Source: Basidiobolus meristosporus CBS 931.73
Lineage: Eukaryota > Fungi > Basidiobolomycota
NCBI GenBank assembly: GCA_002104905.1
Contig: MCFE01000035.1
Span: 124,001-188,000, forward strand
Direction of reading: 5' to 3'
DNA length: 64,000 nt
Under the pieces are notes generated by a model, which was not told where the DNA came from, did not search any database, and worked only from the letters and a program-made list of their open reading frames with translations. Both the position numbers and the translations under genes were made by a program. This document shows positions 25,222 to 37,575 of the stretch, one piece after another; position 1 is the stretch's first letter; every line of letters begins with the position of its first letter.

Positions 25222-27538
25222 ATGGTGAACACTTAATTCGGTCCAACCTAAACTTCTTTTCTCCATTATAATAAGCTCCTTCGTATACGGTCGTCTGAAG
25301 GGACAAGCAGAGTGCAGGTTGATGGCTCTGAAGACATATCGAGTGCCATTATAAAGGTAGAAATACTTGTATGGATATTTGATATTCCTTGATTGGAACC
25401 CGGTGACGAACACGGTTTCGTTGGGTCGGTCGCTTACTCTTAATTATTGCCATGATAGCTCGCCGAGATTTTGAAGCATGACCCAAGCAGCATTGCTCTA
25501 TCTGTCCGACCAGATTGTACTACCCTACTTGCCACAAGCGGGGCCACTGTGGAGCAACTTGGATTAAAGTAAGCTTCTCTCACACCAGTGATCAAGTCTC
25601 AAGTCACCTTGAACTGTTTTCTCACCAAATAATCAATTTTCAAAAGACACGGGGATATGCTATACGCACAAATCTCCAAATCTGCCGGGGAAGAGCAACC
25701 AAAGGAAAACGAGGCCTCTAACTCCTTCAAAAATGTCAGACAAGATGAGATCGACGACTATCTGGACAAGCAGGACGGACTTATAAAAAGAGGAAGAGAC
25801 CCAAACTTGTCAGTAATTGCTCTTCGCGGTCAAATATTTGCCGTGACTGAATGTAGCTAACGTGGGTTTTTATTTCTAGCTGCAAGCATACTTATAACGG
25901 GATGTGCGATTATTGCATGCCTCTTGAGGTAAGTTAGTCATGCCCTATGGGCAATCTGTGAGAAATAATAATTCTAACTAAGCGACTTCCCAGCCATTTG
26001 ATGCCAAGTATTTGGATGAGAACAAGATCAAGCACATGTCGTTTCATGCCTACCTTCGCCAGTTGAACGTGCAGAACAAAAAGAGTGGCGCGAAATCATC
26101 ATATTTACCACCACTAGAAGAGCCTAATTACAAGGTCAATAGGAATTGTAAAGGCGGTCACCCACCGTGGCCGGAGAGTATTTGTACCAAATGCCAGCCC
26201 AGTGCCATTACACTTCAAAGACAGGTACCAGAATGAAATTCAATCTTGGCTCTTGAGTATTTATTCATCTTACGTTCCTAATGTTAGGCTTTCCGAATGG
26301 TCGATCATGTAGAATTTTCGTCTGCAAGTTTGATTGATAACTTCATCAATTACTGGCGCTCTACTGGTTGTCAGAGATTCGGTTACCTTTATGGCCGCTA
26401 TGAACCCTATAGCGAAGTACCCCTAGGTATCAAAGCCGTGGTCGAGGCTATCTACGAACCTCCCCAGACAAACGAGCCGGATGGCTTGACACTGTTGCTT
26501 CCGTGGAGCGAAGAGAAGTCAGTTGATGAGCTGGCCTCCAGGTGTGGCCTAGTGAAGGTATATAAAGAGCCTATGTGGCCCCAGTCACAATATTGTGTCC
26601 TTCCGAGCGAATACTAACCCTGTCACCTTAAGGTAGGGATGATCTTTACGGATCTCATGGATGACGGGACAGGACAAGGAAAGGTGGTTTGCAAAAGGCA
26701 CATTGACTCGTTCTTCCTTTCCTCCCTTGAAATTACGTTCGCTGCTGCCATGCAAGCAAGCCATCCCAGCCCTTCCAAATGGAGCGCTTCTGGGAAGTTC
26801 AGTAGCAAATTTGTTACATGTGTCGTGTCAGGAAATGAAACGGGTGACATCGACGTCTCTTCATACCAAGTCTCCAATTCTTGTGTGGCCATGGTGGATG
26901 CGGATATTATCGAGGCATCGATCAAGCCCTCGATCATGCGAGTCAAGGAGGCCACCTCCACCCGATACATCCCTGAGGTGTTTTACAAATACAAGAATGA
27001 ATACGGTGTCACTGTGAGTCACAATGCCAAACCCAGCTTCCCCGTGGAGTATCTGTTGGTAAACGTTACTCACGGTTTCCCGTCCCAGCCGAACCCTCTC
27101 TTCACCTCCCCGACCCACTTTCCCATTGAGAATCGGACAGGACTTGAGGTGCAAGAGATCTCTACACTTAAAAATTACCTCACTTCCAGCCAAAATGTCC
27201 ACGGGCTTTCTGATTTCCATCTGATAGCATTCATCCAACAGATGAATGTCCTTGATTCCGGTGATATTAACCTTCTTTGCGAAGCGGCCACCACTCATAC
27301 TGATGATGCTGCGAGGAAACTTGAGGGTTCTCCGGGATGGCAGACATTGTTTGCCATTCTAAGAGAAGCTGGTCACTCTCAGGGTTCGGGCGGGTTTGGT
27401 GGCGACGCGGGACATGGTTCCGGTAGCGGCGGTAGCTCTTCCGCCGCACAAGCCACCTGGGCCTGTCGACACTGTACATTTGTTAACACTTCTAATCTCT
27501 CCAGCTGTGAAATGTGTGGCTTGCCCAAGGACCAATAG
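25222..27538 (+). CDS. NPL4: Npl4 (Cdc48-Ufd1-Npl4 adaptor) with a C-terminal RanBP2/NZF zinc finger
   Basis: UBX-like N-terminus [13 protein letters not shown]...GLKHGDMLY; zf-NPL4 [11 protein letters not shown] and [14 protein letters not shown]; [10 protein letters not shown]; [14 protein letters not shown]. The first exon is only ATG (25222; alternatively 25202). Confidence 0.93.
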
Positions 27539-27945
27539 ATTTCTCGGGGTCGCTTAACCTACAGTATTTACGTTTAAAACCATCAATAAATCCACCTTTT
27601 TAACTTCTGAAACGATACTTACGATGCCTAGTGGAAGATTAGTAGCGAGAAGAGGAATTTGTGCAGAACATCATGCTGCTCAAGGGAGATTTAATCGAAC
27701 CGGGGGAAATGCTAAATTTTACAAGAAACATGTTCGATGTCAGGTGGCGTACAGATAGCTGTTGTGTATGATGATGATAGTAATGAAACATGACGAAGCG
27801 GGGGGTGGGCGATGCGTAGTCTAGGTGATAGATAGAAAGTGAGATGGGTACCTTCGGGGCAGCCATTGCCGAAGTTTGAAAGGGAAAAACTGTACATATA
27901 TGAGGCGTAGCAGATGAACTAAATAAAGGTAAACTGTAGGCCAGG

Positions 27946-28449
27946 CTATAGAGCGGATCCCATGACTGTACTGAGTGCTACACGTAGCTCGTCCAGTGTG
28001 ACTGGTTTGCCGACGCATGCATTCATACCCACCTCCGTATAGCGCTTACGGTGCTCTTCCAAGTCGTTGGTAGTGATAGCGATGATAGGAATCCTCCTAT
28101 TGGCATCTAAAACCTGGAATCGACTGTATGGGTTTCTGATCTCCTGGGTCGCCTCGATACCAGTAAGTACTGGCATATCGATGTCAAGAAGAATCAGGTC
28201 AAAGTTGTAGAGGGATAAATATTCAAGTGCGCAGAGTGCAGATGTAGTCGCAAATGTGTACGTCACTATGTTGGTGAAATGCTTCTCAAGCATTCGAGTA
28301 ACAATGCTAAGATAAATGCGGTTATCGTCTACCACCAGCACACGCAGTCCTCCACCAGGCTCACGGGTAACTTCGGAATTTTCTACACGCGAGTAAGTGG
28401 CATCAACAGGGGTGGATGACGGAGGAGGGGCACTGACGCACATGACCAT
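27946..28449 (-). CDS. Stand-alone response-regulator receiver (CheY-like) protein, intronless, about 167 aa
   Basis: LRVLVVDDN, LILLDIDMP (phosphoacceptor Asp), IPIIAITT and VGKPV (conserved Lys). No output domain; first in-frame ATG at 28449. Confidence 0.85.
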   Translation of the reverse strand: MVMCVSAPPPSSTPVDATYSRVENSEVTREPGGGLRVLVVDDNRIYLSIVTRMLEKHFTNIVTYTFATTSALCALEYLSLYNFDLILLDIDMPVLTGIEATQEIRNPYSRFQVLDANRRIPIIAITTNDLEEHRKRYTEVGMNACVGKPVTLDELRVALSTVMGSAL

Positions 28450-30780
28450 AATTAGAATACTGTAAAAGAACGACAGTAAAGGCAAGGTTGGTGTGAGGTT
28501 GCCCAAAAGAAAAGGTGCAAGAGATTATTTCAAAAAGGATCCGTTTTTGTAGATATGTTTAATAGTGTAGTCCGAGGGGTGCTTAATATACGAACTTGGC
28601 AGTCCAAGAGCAGGCCAGAGTCGTACGAAAAGACGAATTAGCTGAATGGGTTTAAGGGCTATTGAGTGGATGATTATGTGAGACAAGCCAATTAAATTGG
28701 AAAGCGAGATAGATCGAAACCACTTGAAGTGGGGGAATGTGGCCAAATCCAATCAATCCCTTGTCAGCATTAGGTGACTGAAGCCTAACCATTTTTAGTA
28801 GCATAGAGTACGATGGTTATTAAAGAAACTGAGCTGGCCAAGGATGGGTTAGGGTTAGATTCACTCTAAAACCATCTGGAAATAGAACCTTGCGCCTCGT
28901 CAGCTAAAGTCTTACATCCTCATCCTTTGCGTGGTCGTTTTCTAGTTCCTACTTGTGCATTATACCCAATCGGCTGAAGCCCGCTGACTGACTACTTCCC
29001 CGATCAATATTTTACAATATTCACTGTACTTATTGCTCGAGTCACCCTCTGAGATCCGACGGATTGAGGGGTCAACACCCTGGCACAATTCAGGTTAAAC
29101 ATTTCCCCGCTGAGATCTTACTTACCTGTCGTCTTGCATGGTTATTGGACGGCGAATCAAACATTTAATTTGAATGGTAGCTCGATCAAGTTTCACCAAT
29201 GAATAGCCCAGCATGGTTAGAATGGGGTTAATTTTAAGATTGAGGTCTACTTCTTGTGCACTAGCCACTTGCTCAGGGAATTCAAGACTCGACCATGTGA
29301 TGCACCCAAGGTCAACAAAGTTTTCATCTTGTTAATGGAGCCCATCAAGCGTGTAATCTTGGCAATTCATGTTATGTGTGTATGAGCAATACATCCATAA
29401 CATAATTTCAATGGTGATCTAATTTCACCTGAAAAATTCCAAGCCATTCTAGGCGTCTCATCAATGTCATTTACCAGCAAATCTATTGGCCCGGGGTCTG
29501 AAGCATGAATTGCTGTTGTCTGTCCCAAGTACGCTCCACCAAGTTCCTAGGGATTGGTCGAAATTTTTGTATGAATTGGATGATAGATGCCGAGCATCCA
29601 GTACCTAGATAGTTAGGTTTACAGGGTTCCACACAATATCCCACCTTATGTATGGGCTCCAATGGACCTAAACCATTGACTGTGTTACAGTGTAAGTTCA
29701 AAGTAGTCTATGCTTCCAATCTGAAGATGGTCCTTCTCCACTCCGTCGACCCGAATATTCCACAGATATGAAAGCATCATAGTACCTGCCGACGTGTGCA
29801 TGGTTGTGATGTTCACATTCATCCTTGCTTATTCGTCAACATTACCATCCTAATTCTCTGTCTGCTGGCTGACACATCATCGACCCATTATTGTGCGGGC
29901 GCGGTTCGCTCGAACTTTCATTTCCACAAATCCATTAGTATCACCTACAATCGGAGCATCACCAGTACATCTAGGCTTTGAGATATATTGGGTGCTAGAC
30001 TAGGCGGCAGTGTGTGTACTGGGGCGTTTCCCAATCGGGTGGGTGCAGTCGGAACCCAGCAAAGCTTAAGCCTTCATCCGATGCGACCAAGGCTTCAGGA
30101 ATGACCTGGGTAACTGGTACACAAAGTTCCCCACCAAGCCCCGAGGGCTTCAGAGCCATTGCGGCCCATTTAATTTTGAGACCAGAAAACGAGGGTGAGA
30201 AATAATAGCATTTCATCTTCGGAAATTTGGTGATCCATCAATTCCAGGCAATGGTTATCGGCTATGCTGGGCTCTACCGGACTCGATAGTCAACCCGAGA
30301 GATCGAAGCTGATTGCCATGTCGTGCTCAATTTCCGTCATCAAAGTGGGTAAACTCTCCATACAAGTTGTCCTGACAATAGGTCATGATGGACTGACAAC
30401 TTTCTAGTACTTGATGAGCCCCAATAGGCTTTTATCTGAAACAAGTTGAGGCTATGGTGAGAGGAATAGGATCAGTTGGATTTCCAAGGTTCATTAGGAA
30501 CAGCCAAAATGAGTAGATCATTTATAAGACGCTACCCTCTGTTGGCTACGAGTGGCCTCGGAGTCTTGGGAAGTACGGAAGCTGGTGGTTTCAAGTATGG
30601 TTCCACCCTCCAAAAGCAAAAGTTATGCAGTCCCCTAGGGAATAGCCAATACCAGACAGTCTAAACTGTTGTAAAAATTTGTAATCGCACCTAAATATTC
30701 ACCTTAGTCACTTAGATCATTACCTACAAATCTTAGAGAATTCTGACCAAATTCCTTGTCGGGATTTACTTTGAATATCT

Positions 30781-30930
30781 TTCACCAAAATATTAGGTAC
30801 CCAGAACATGAAATTTCTCAAAGTTGTCCAAACAGCCCCAAACTTTGCACACATGTTGTTGGGACCTTCCTAAACATATTCTACATGTTTTTTTTGCCAA
30901 GAGCATGTAAAAGTATAAATATTACTTTTA
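30781..30930 (+). repeat. Copy A of a diverged inverted duplicate (decayed gene or element)
   Basis: Aligns without gaps to the reverse complement of 32367-32516 at 108/150 identities by hand count. Confidence 0.75.
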
Positions 30931-32366
30931 CATTCAATAAATCATTAAGTGAAAACCACACAATCTACTTTTTCTCCCAATCACTTCCAATATCTTCAAA
31001 ACTCTTGCAACATAAACAAGCCTGTGAGAAAATGTGTGTGCATAAATTCCTCTAATTTTCAATGGCAATAATTGTATTATGGTATGCGATCGGGCCAGCA
31101 TCTCAATATAATTGGGTTTGGGAGGGTTTTAGAAGGCTCTTATTACTATAGGTGATTGATATGGTATCTACTTTGGTGTATAAAGCATGATTCCGGAATG
31201 AATATGAATACCCAGGAATCCATATCATGTCAAATACTATTCTCGGATACTTTTACGGCAACAGTGTCCAAAGTGCTGCTCATACAAACTACATGAAGCA
31301 CGAAAAATTTTAAAGCCAATATGCAACCTTTACATTACATCGAGTCCATCCCAATTAGTAGTTGAGCTATCCCTAAAGCCTAAAGCTTAAGTGTCATATA
31401 ATTGCAATTAGAGCAATAAATCAATCATCATGGGAGACATCTAGAATAAACCTCAGCAGAGTCTGTACATATATCAGCAATTATCTTTGTCAGTAACAGG
31501 TTACAAAATGCAATCATTCTAAGATTATGCACAAGGCAAGTGTAGTTGAAGCTTGGTGGCGACTTAGTGACAATAAAGTGCAGTATACACTTTAGATTGA
31601 TGTCGAAATAATGTATTTATTCTTCAGGTAAAGCTTTGTAAACTGAATGATAGAATATGCGGATGAAGGTCATGAGAAGATATGTAAAAAATCCTTGAAC
31701 AAATCAACAATATCAATGCCATAGTTCCAGAAACATGTACAAGATGGACTGTTGCCTATGCTCATTCCCCTGGCCAGAACTTTTCAATCACCCCGAAGTT
31801 AGCAGCAGTGGATATCTACTGAGACTGTAGCCCCACTTTAAATACTGTGCAAGCCCAGCACCTTGGGAACCATGCTAAGGTAGACAATTACAGTATTTAT
31901 TTTTCTTCTTCAGAGAGAATTTACACTACAGATTTTGAAGTTATCATGGAGCTTATCACACCTGTGTCAAAACACTACTCCCTATATATCTCAAGGCACA
32001 CTGAGATTTCGGATAACTGAGGTCTGGAAACTGTGAGTGGTTTGAAGCATTCTGAGAAAATCTATGATCACTTGATTGATAGGCTGCTATTTTCATTTCT
32101 TGCAGAGATATAAATGTTTGATGGATTCGAAGCATTAGCATATGTTTCTTTATGTGAAGAGCCAGCTGTTAACAGAAGCTTGAATACTCCATTCTTTCTA
32201 TACTCTTATAGAAATCTACAATGGAAAAGGTAAGCATATGGTGTGAATACAGCTAAAACCATAGCCTCTAAAATCCCTCTATTCAAAAATGAGCTATATT
32301 GCAGAGGATATTATGTAATACAAACTCTTAGTCATAGTTCACATATATCAAATGAGAATCCACTAT

Positions 32367-32516
32367 GATAAGTGGTATTTATACTTCTACATTGTCTTGG
32401 CAAAGTAAGCTTATAGAATACATATAGGAATATTCCTGGAACGTGTTTGCGAAGTTTGAAGTCTTTTAGACAAGTGATCAAATTTTCATGTTTTGGGTAC
32501 CTGATATCTCGGTGAG
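32367..32516 (-). repeat. Copy B of a diverged inverted duplicate
   Basis: 72% ungapped identity to 30781-30930. The same frame is open in both copies (H..IRYP.HE...C...KL..HV.G.FL..FY...LPR.C.SIN.T). Confidence 0.75.
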
Positions 32517-34504
32517 ATATTATACTTCGTACACTAGGATCTAAGTGATAAAGTTCATATTTAGTATATAGGGGTAAACACAAATTTACAACACCCGTAA
32601 GAGGTGTGAAAAGGCCGAAGGACCATATAAAAAGATAGCAAAGAGAGCAGCAATCATTGGATTTTCACTTGGGAATAATAGGCCGTGCACTGGCACATGC
32701 ATCACTAGGACGGATCCAGCTATATCACTAGCAATATACAATGATTGGGAACTCTATATGGATCTTTACATATCCATATTCTGTTTCTCGTAATATATTA
32801 GATGTACACAACTATGTAGCCAGTCGAAATCAATACATGATATAGATTTTCTACTTTATTGTGATCTACAAGTCCACTCTGAAAGCAAGTTTCTAATCTG
32901 AAAGACATCAGCCCCAATAACTTTGGTAGCTGATATGTAGTCATGTTGATAATAACTGTTAATATCTAGATCGTAGTCTGGATCCCAAACAATTCACCAC
33001 TACTAGTTTGACTTGGAAAATACCAAGTCGAGTAAGTATTGCTGCAAGCACCTCACAAACAAATCGGCACTATCAAATATCTACACAGCTGAGAAACCGT
33101 TTTGGAAGGAAACCAGTATCTCACACAGACTTGACATTCATCGGTGGTTGTCGGTACATTTCCAAAGTGCTAGTGCCCTTCGGTCAAATCCAGGAATTTC
33201 AATAGGGATCCTCAGGAATGAATAGGGAAATATCATGCTTATTGCTATATCCCAACTTCCATATAAATAGAATCTCGCCCAGGTCATCACTAAAACCTTC
33301 CTCTATTTCCCAATTATTAGTATCACAACGAGCACTTAGTTTCAGTCTCGTAAAGTCACATAAATTGTAATCAGTTGCCATTCAAGTTCGCGAAATTAAA
33401 GTGAATACATGTTGAATATGACTAGAATGAATACCTAAAGAGTCCTGATATTAATGGCGGTTGCAACACAGCGAAATATTCAATGGCCTAAAAAGAGAGA
33501 AACTACCGCCAAGATGCAATTGTAAGCGAAGAATCACAGCTGCGCAGTGTACATTAGACCCTGATGATAATATCAAGGATCAGTGGTCTTATCTGGTAAG
33601 GGTAATGGGGCTCAGATGAGATTTAGGGTGCAGATTCAGTGATGCTTTATACAACCGAAATCAACGCACTGATTTTCACGCAAACATTTCTCCGTCATAC
33701 GAACGATGGATTACCTTTGCTTGGTTGTGGATAATGATTATTTATGGCTCCACAAGTGAGCCTGATTACCTATTCCAAATTGATCAGTTGTTGTGGAGAA
33801 CTCATTCGACTCAAATGTTCGACACGTCATTTCATGAGCATGCAGGGTACTCCACAAAGCATATAGAGTGGCTATATAAATCCAAGCGCCACCGTGTTAC
33901 CAGTAACAACCATACCTGACCATAGTTTAGATGCTTTACGATATTTTTGTTTTGCCTCCTATAGGACCAATAAACTCTTCTAGTTAAATTTTGGTAGTAT
34001 GAAACATTCTAGGTATGTATCGCCTCGATAGCTTCAAGTGAAGACGTCTTATTTTTAGTAATTGTTGGTGATGGTATTAATGATCTGAGCGATATAGGAA
34101 AGTTTTTCTGATCGTGAGCTTGCTCCCAGTCACTCATCCCACTAAATAAGGTACACTACCATACTAAATAGTCAGATTGAATAGACTATCAACTATTCCA
34201 AAGTATATGTCAGCGTATATTTGATATGAAAGCCTACTCTCTTCCAGTGAGCACCTGTGGCGTGAATTCTGTCCAAAAAGCACTCATTCAGTACCGTAGC
34301 GGATATCATAAAACTCGAATTGCTCTCGGATTTAACAAGAATCTCTTCTGATCATATAATTCGAAGAAAAGGCTAGTTGGTCTTCTGTTAGCTATCGTTC
34401 AAGGTGAGATCCTCAAGTGTTTATACAAATGCACACTAGAATCAAAATTTAACCGGATTAGTTCTCCATATAGTTCTTTCCAGGTAGAAGTAGGTATAGA
34501 AAGT

Positions 34505-36284
34505 ATGAAAATATCCAATCTTGTCTGCAAAGATACAAATTCGATTAACTCAGACCAGCAAAGGTAAGGGTTTGTATTTCAACTCTCACTGCAGCCACTC
34601 TAACTTTGTTCATCAACCATTCTTTTACATGTAGCAGTACTATAACCAGCAGTAAACTTGAGAATCTTAGATCAGAAGTCAGAAATATGAAAAATCTGCA
34701 TACTGGAGACTTCCCATATAGTGAGCTTCAAAATTCCATAGATCCTAGGTAAAGTTATCAAGTAGAAATGGATTTCCCTTGCAATATCCCTATCATAAAA
34801 CCATCCTCAACTCAATAGAAGGTGAGGGCTATTAAGATCTTTTCATTTGCTAATTTTCATTTTGATAAACCAGTGGCCCAGCTCCCTCCATCCAGAAAGC
34901 CTCTCCAGTGTTAAGCACACCTATAGTAGAGCAACGTGGTGTTTTGTACCTAGAAGAAAGCAACTTATGGAAGCAATTCAACTCCATCGTCAATGAAATG
35001 ATTATAACAAAAACTGGACGATGCCTTTTTCCTTCCCTTAAGTTTAAAGCAGCTGACATGGATCCATATGCACTTTACAAAATCGAGTTAGACTTTGAAC
35101 AGATTTCTCCAGAGAGATATAAGTTCCGTAATGATGAATGGGTGGTAGTCAACAATGATCTTTCAAAGAGCCAGTCACAACCTTATTCCATGAGTGAAAA
35201 GAAGGGATCCAGTTTAGAATGCTATACTACAAGAGAATATACTCATCCAGACTCCCCTCAATCAGGTAGGTCGTTGTAGATATATTGCACACTCGACGCT
35301 AGGTGATGGGCTAAAACGCTTGGACAACTAGGAGCGTACTGGATCAAGAATGGGATTTCATTTACAAAAGTGAAATTGACCAACAGACTTGAGAGCTCTA
35401 TGGACAACAAAGTATTGAATAATAACTCTTTTATGGACTACCGCAGAAGCGCTTTTGACCCAGAGTTTGCGCTTCCAGATGGGTATTTCCCCCTGAAAAC
35501 CTTTCATAAATACCAGCCGCGAGTGCACCTTATTAAACTTAATGAGGGAATTCAACCAGTGAGGACCTTTGCATTCGAAGAAGCAGCTTTTATTGCGGTT
35601 ACTCATTATCAGAATAATGCAGTTAATCAACTAAAAAAGCAATATAATCCACATGCTAAGGGGTTTCGAGTGATTGAAGACGAAGACGCAAAGATATTCT
35701 CGGCGCGTTCACGGTCTTTGAAGCGTTCAATAGATTCCGAAGAAGCAAAAATACCTAAAAGATATATAGCACTTTCCACTTATGAAAAGTCTGAAGTTGA
35801 AGTGAACAATCAAAAGGTGCCCTCTGAACTGACAGTGGAATCTGAAAAGAAGCTTACCATTAAAGCTGATACGTACGGTTTAACGCCGTTCGATAAAGTG
35901 GCTTCAGTTATTCAGCTTCCACCACCAACACCCACTATCACACTGTCAGCCACGCCATCAACTCTCTTCTCCCCACAGCAATATGAAAAGGCTGTTTTAT
36001 CCAGCAGCTTTAGCAGCTATTGTATTGCAAAGGCCCCGGCTACTTCGTACTCGAGCTATGCGCCCTCTAAGCAACATGACCTACCTTCCATTTCATCACA
36101 CCAAAAAAGCAAAAACTCCGAAACTCTAGGCTCCATTGTTCAATTGCCTCCCTTAGGAACGTCATATGAGGATCCTATCCTTTTAACCAGCAAGGTATCC
36201 TCTGCCGCAACATCTTTGTTACTGTTGAGTGATCGCCCACTTCATTTCAGGGAGACACGCAAAACACAAGGGTTTACAAACTAA
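34505..36284 (+). CDS. T-box transcription factor, 4 exons
   Basis: Exons 34505-34563, 34635-34748, 34874-35265 and 35331-36284 join in frame. Motifs: LWKQF, EMIITKTGRCLFP, HPDSPQSGAYW, VKLTN, HKYQPRVHL, FIAVTHYQN, NPHAKGF. S/T/P-rich C-terminus. Confidence 0.92.
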
Positions 36285-36729
36285 GTCAGAAGAACCCCGA
36301 GTGCCGAATTTCACCTTTACAACTTGCGACCGAATGCAATTCAGTGGCCATCTTATATGCTCAAACGCTTGCATACTCTTTTAGTGATTCTAGGATATAT
36401 TAGCGGGTTTATGTTATATGAATGTAGACAACAGAACCATTTTTGTTCATCTATAAAATGCATAGAGGGTTTAGTTTCCTTTTCTGTTTAACAATTAAGC
36501 AAACATTCAGCAAAATTCAATAATAAAGAGATCAGTTTGGTGTGTTTAAATGAATCCAAACTTGTCGAAGAATACACAATGCAAATATCCTAATCTGTAT
36601 TGGGTACATAATGGTGAAGTCATGGACCGTAAAATAGAATGTATCAATTATGACGTCACGATCTATGACTATGCCACACTCTTTAATAAGTTGGTCAAGT
36701 GTTTGTCCACTTGGAAACAATTCTCTACC

Positions 36730-37575
36730 ATGAGTACCTCACTTACAGAACCTGAAAGTCACAAGCTGCGGGCCCGAGAAAAAAAGGTATTTGCCGACCA
36801 GAATATACAACAAGACCTGGCGAATGCCTCCTCGTTGAGTCAAGGGCCAAGTAACTTCAGCTTTCAGCCATTTCAACCCATCGCCATGTTGTACATTGGA
36901 ACTGCTGTACTGGGAAGTTTGGTGCAATACATTCATCCTGCCCATGAGTCCTATTTTTCCGACAAAAGGAATCTATTCAACACCGCGTTTGTCAAGTATG
37001 GTTGGGGTTGGACGTCCATACTATATCTTCCATTTGTGACCATAGCTTTTGCCCGACTCGATATCAAGAAAGCCGCACCTTTCTGGTTTCGCTGGCTACT
37101 GGCTACATTGTATTGGTATTTCATTACGCAAAACTTCGTGGGTCCTTCTATCACCGACCGTTTCTTCACTTGGTCTGGGGGTGCTTGCAGTATTGATGAC
37201 GTACACGACTCTTTCACATGCAAAGTGAACGGAGGAAAATGGTCAGGAGGTCATGATATGTCAGGCCACTGCATGTTGCTAATACATGCATCCCTGTTTT
37301 TGTGGGAAGAGCTAAGAATCGGTTGGTTCAATACTAGACTGAATACTCGAATCAAAGAGCAGCTGTCGTCCAGATTACTCGGGATCGGGTTGATCGCCCT
37401 GTGGTTCCTTTGGTGGTGGATGTTACTGATGACCAATGTATATTTCCATACTATTAGAGAGAAGGTTAGCGGGGTGCTATTCGGATACTTTTATTGGATT
37501 GTGAGCTATGGGTTCGTCTTGCCATTAACACCGTTCCCCGGAGTCCCAGCCCAGAACCTTCAAAGCTCTCTATAA
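36730..37575 (+). CDS. SCS3: FIT family acyl-CoA diphosphatase / inositol phospholipid synthesis protein Scs3
   Basis: YFSDKRNLFNTAFVKYGWGWTS, GGHDMSGHCMLL, LFLWEE and MTNVYFHTIREKVSG; multiple TM helices. Likely ATG at 36730 (the ORF track starts upstream). Confidence 0.88.
   Translation: MSTSLTEPESHKLRAREKKVFADQNIQQDLANASSLSQGPSNFSFQPFQPIAMLYIGTAVLGSLVQYIHPAHESYFSDKRNLFNTAFVKYGWGWTSILYLPFVTIAFARLDIKKAAPFWFRWLLATLYWYFITQNFVGPSITDRFFTWSGGACSIDDVHDSFTCKVNGGKWSGGHDMSGHCMLLIHASLFLWEELRIGWFNTRLNTRIKEQLSSRLLGIGLIALWFLWWWMLLMTNVYFHTIREKVSGVLFGYFYWIVSYGFVLPLTPFPGVPAQNLQSSL

Noticed and set aside
31956-31963. T-box half-site TCACACCT about 2.5 kb upstream of the T-box gene
   Set aside because: About two such 8-mers are expected by chance in 64 kb, so it is no evidence of autoregulation.
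31600-32340. Plus-strand frame with few stops, including KHVQRWTVAYA, which is MULE-like
   Set aside because: A single weak motif with no DDE residues or TIRs.
36550-36729. ORF-track N-terminal extension of SCS3
   Set aside because: AT-rich and not FIT-like; the ATG at 36730 fits the family length better.
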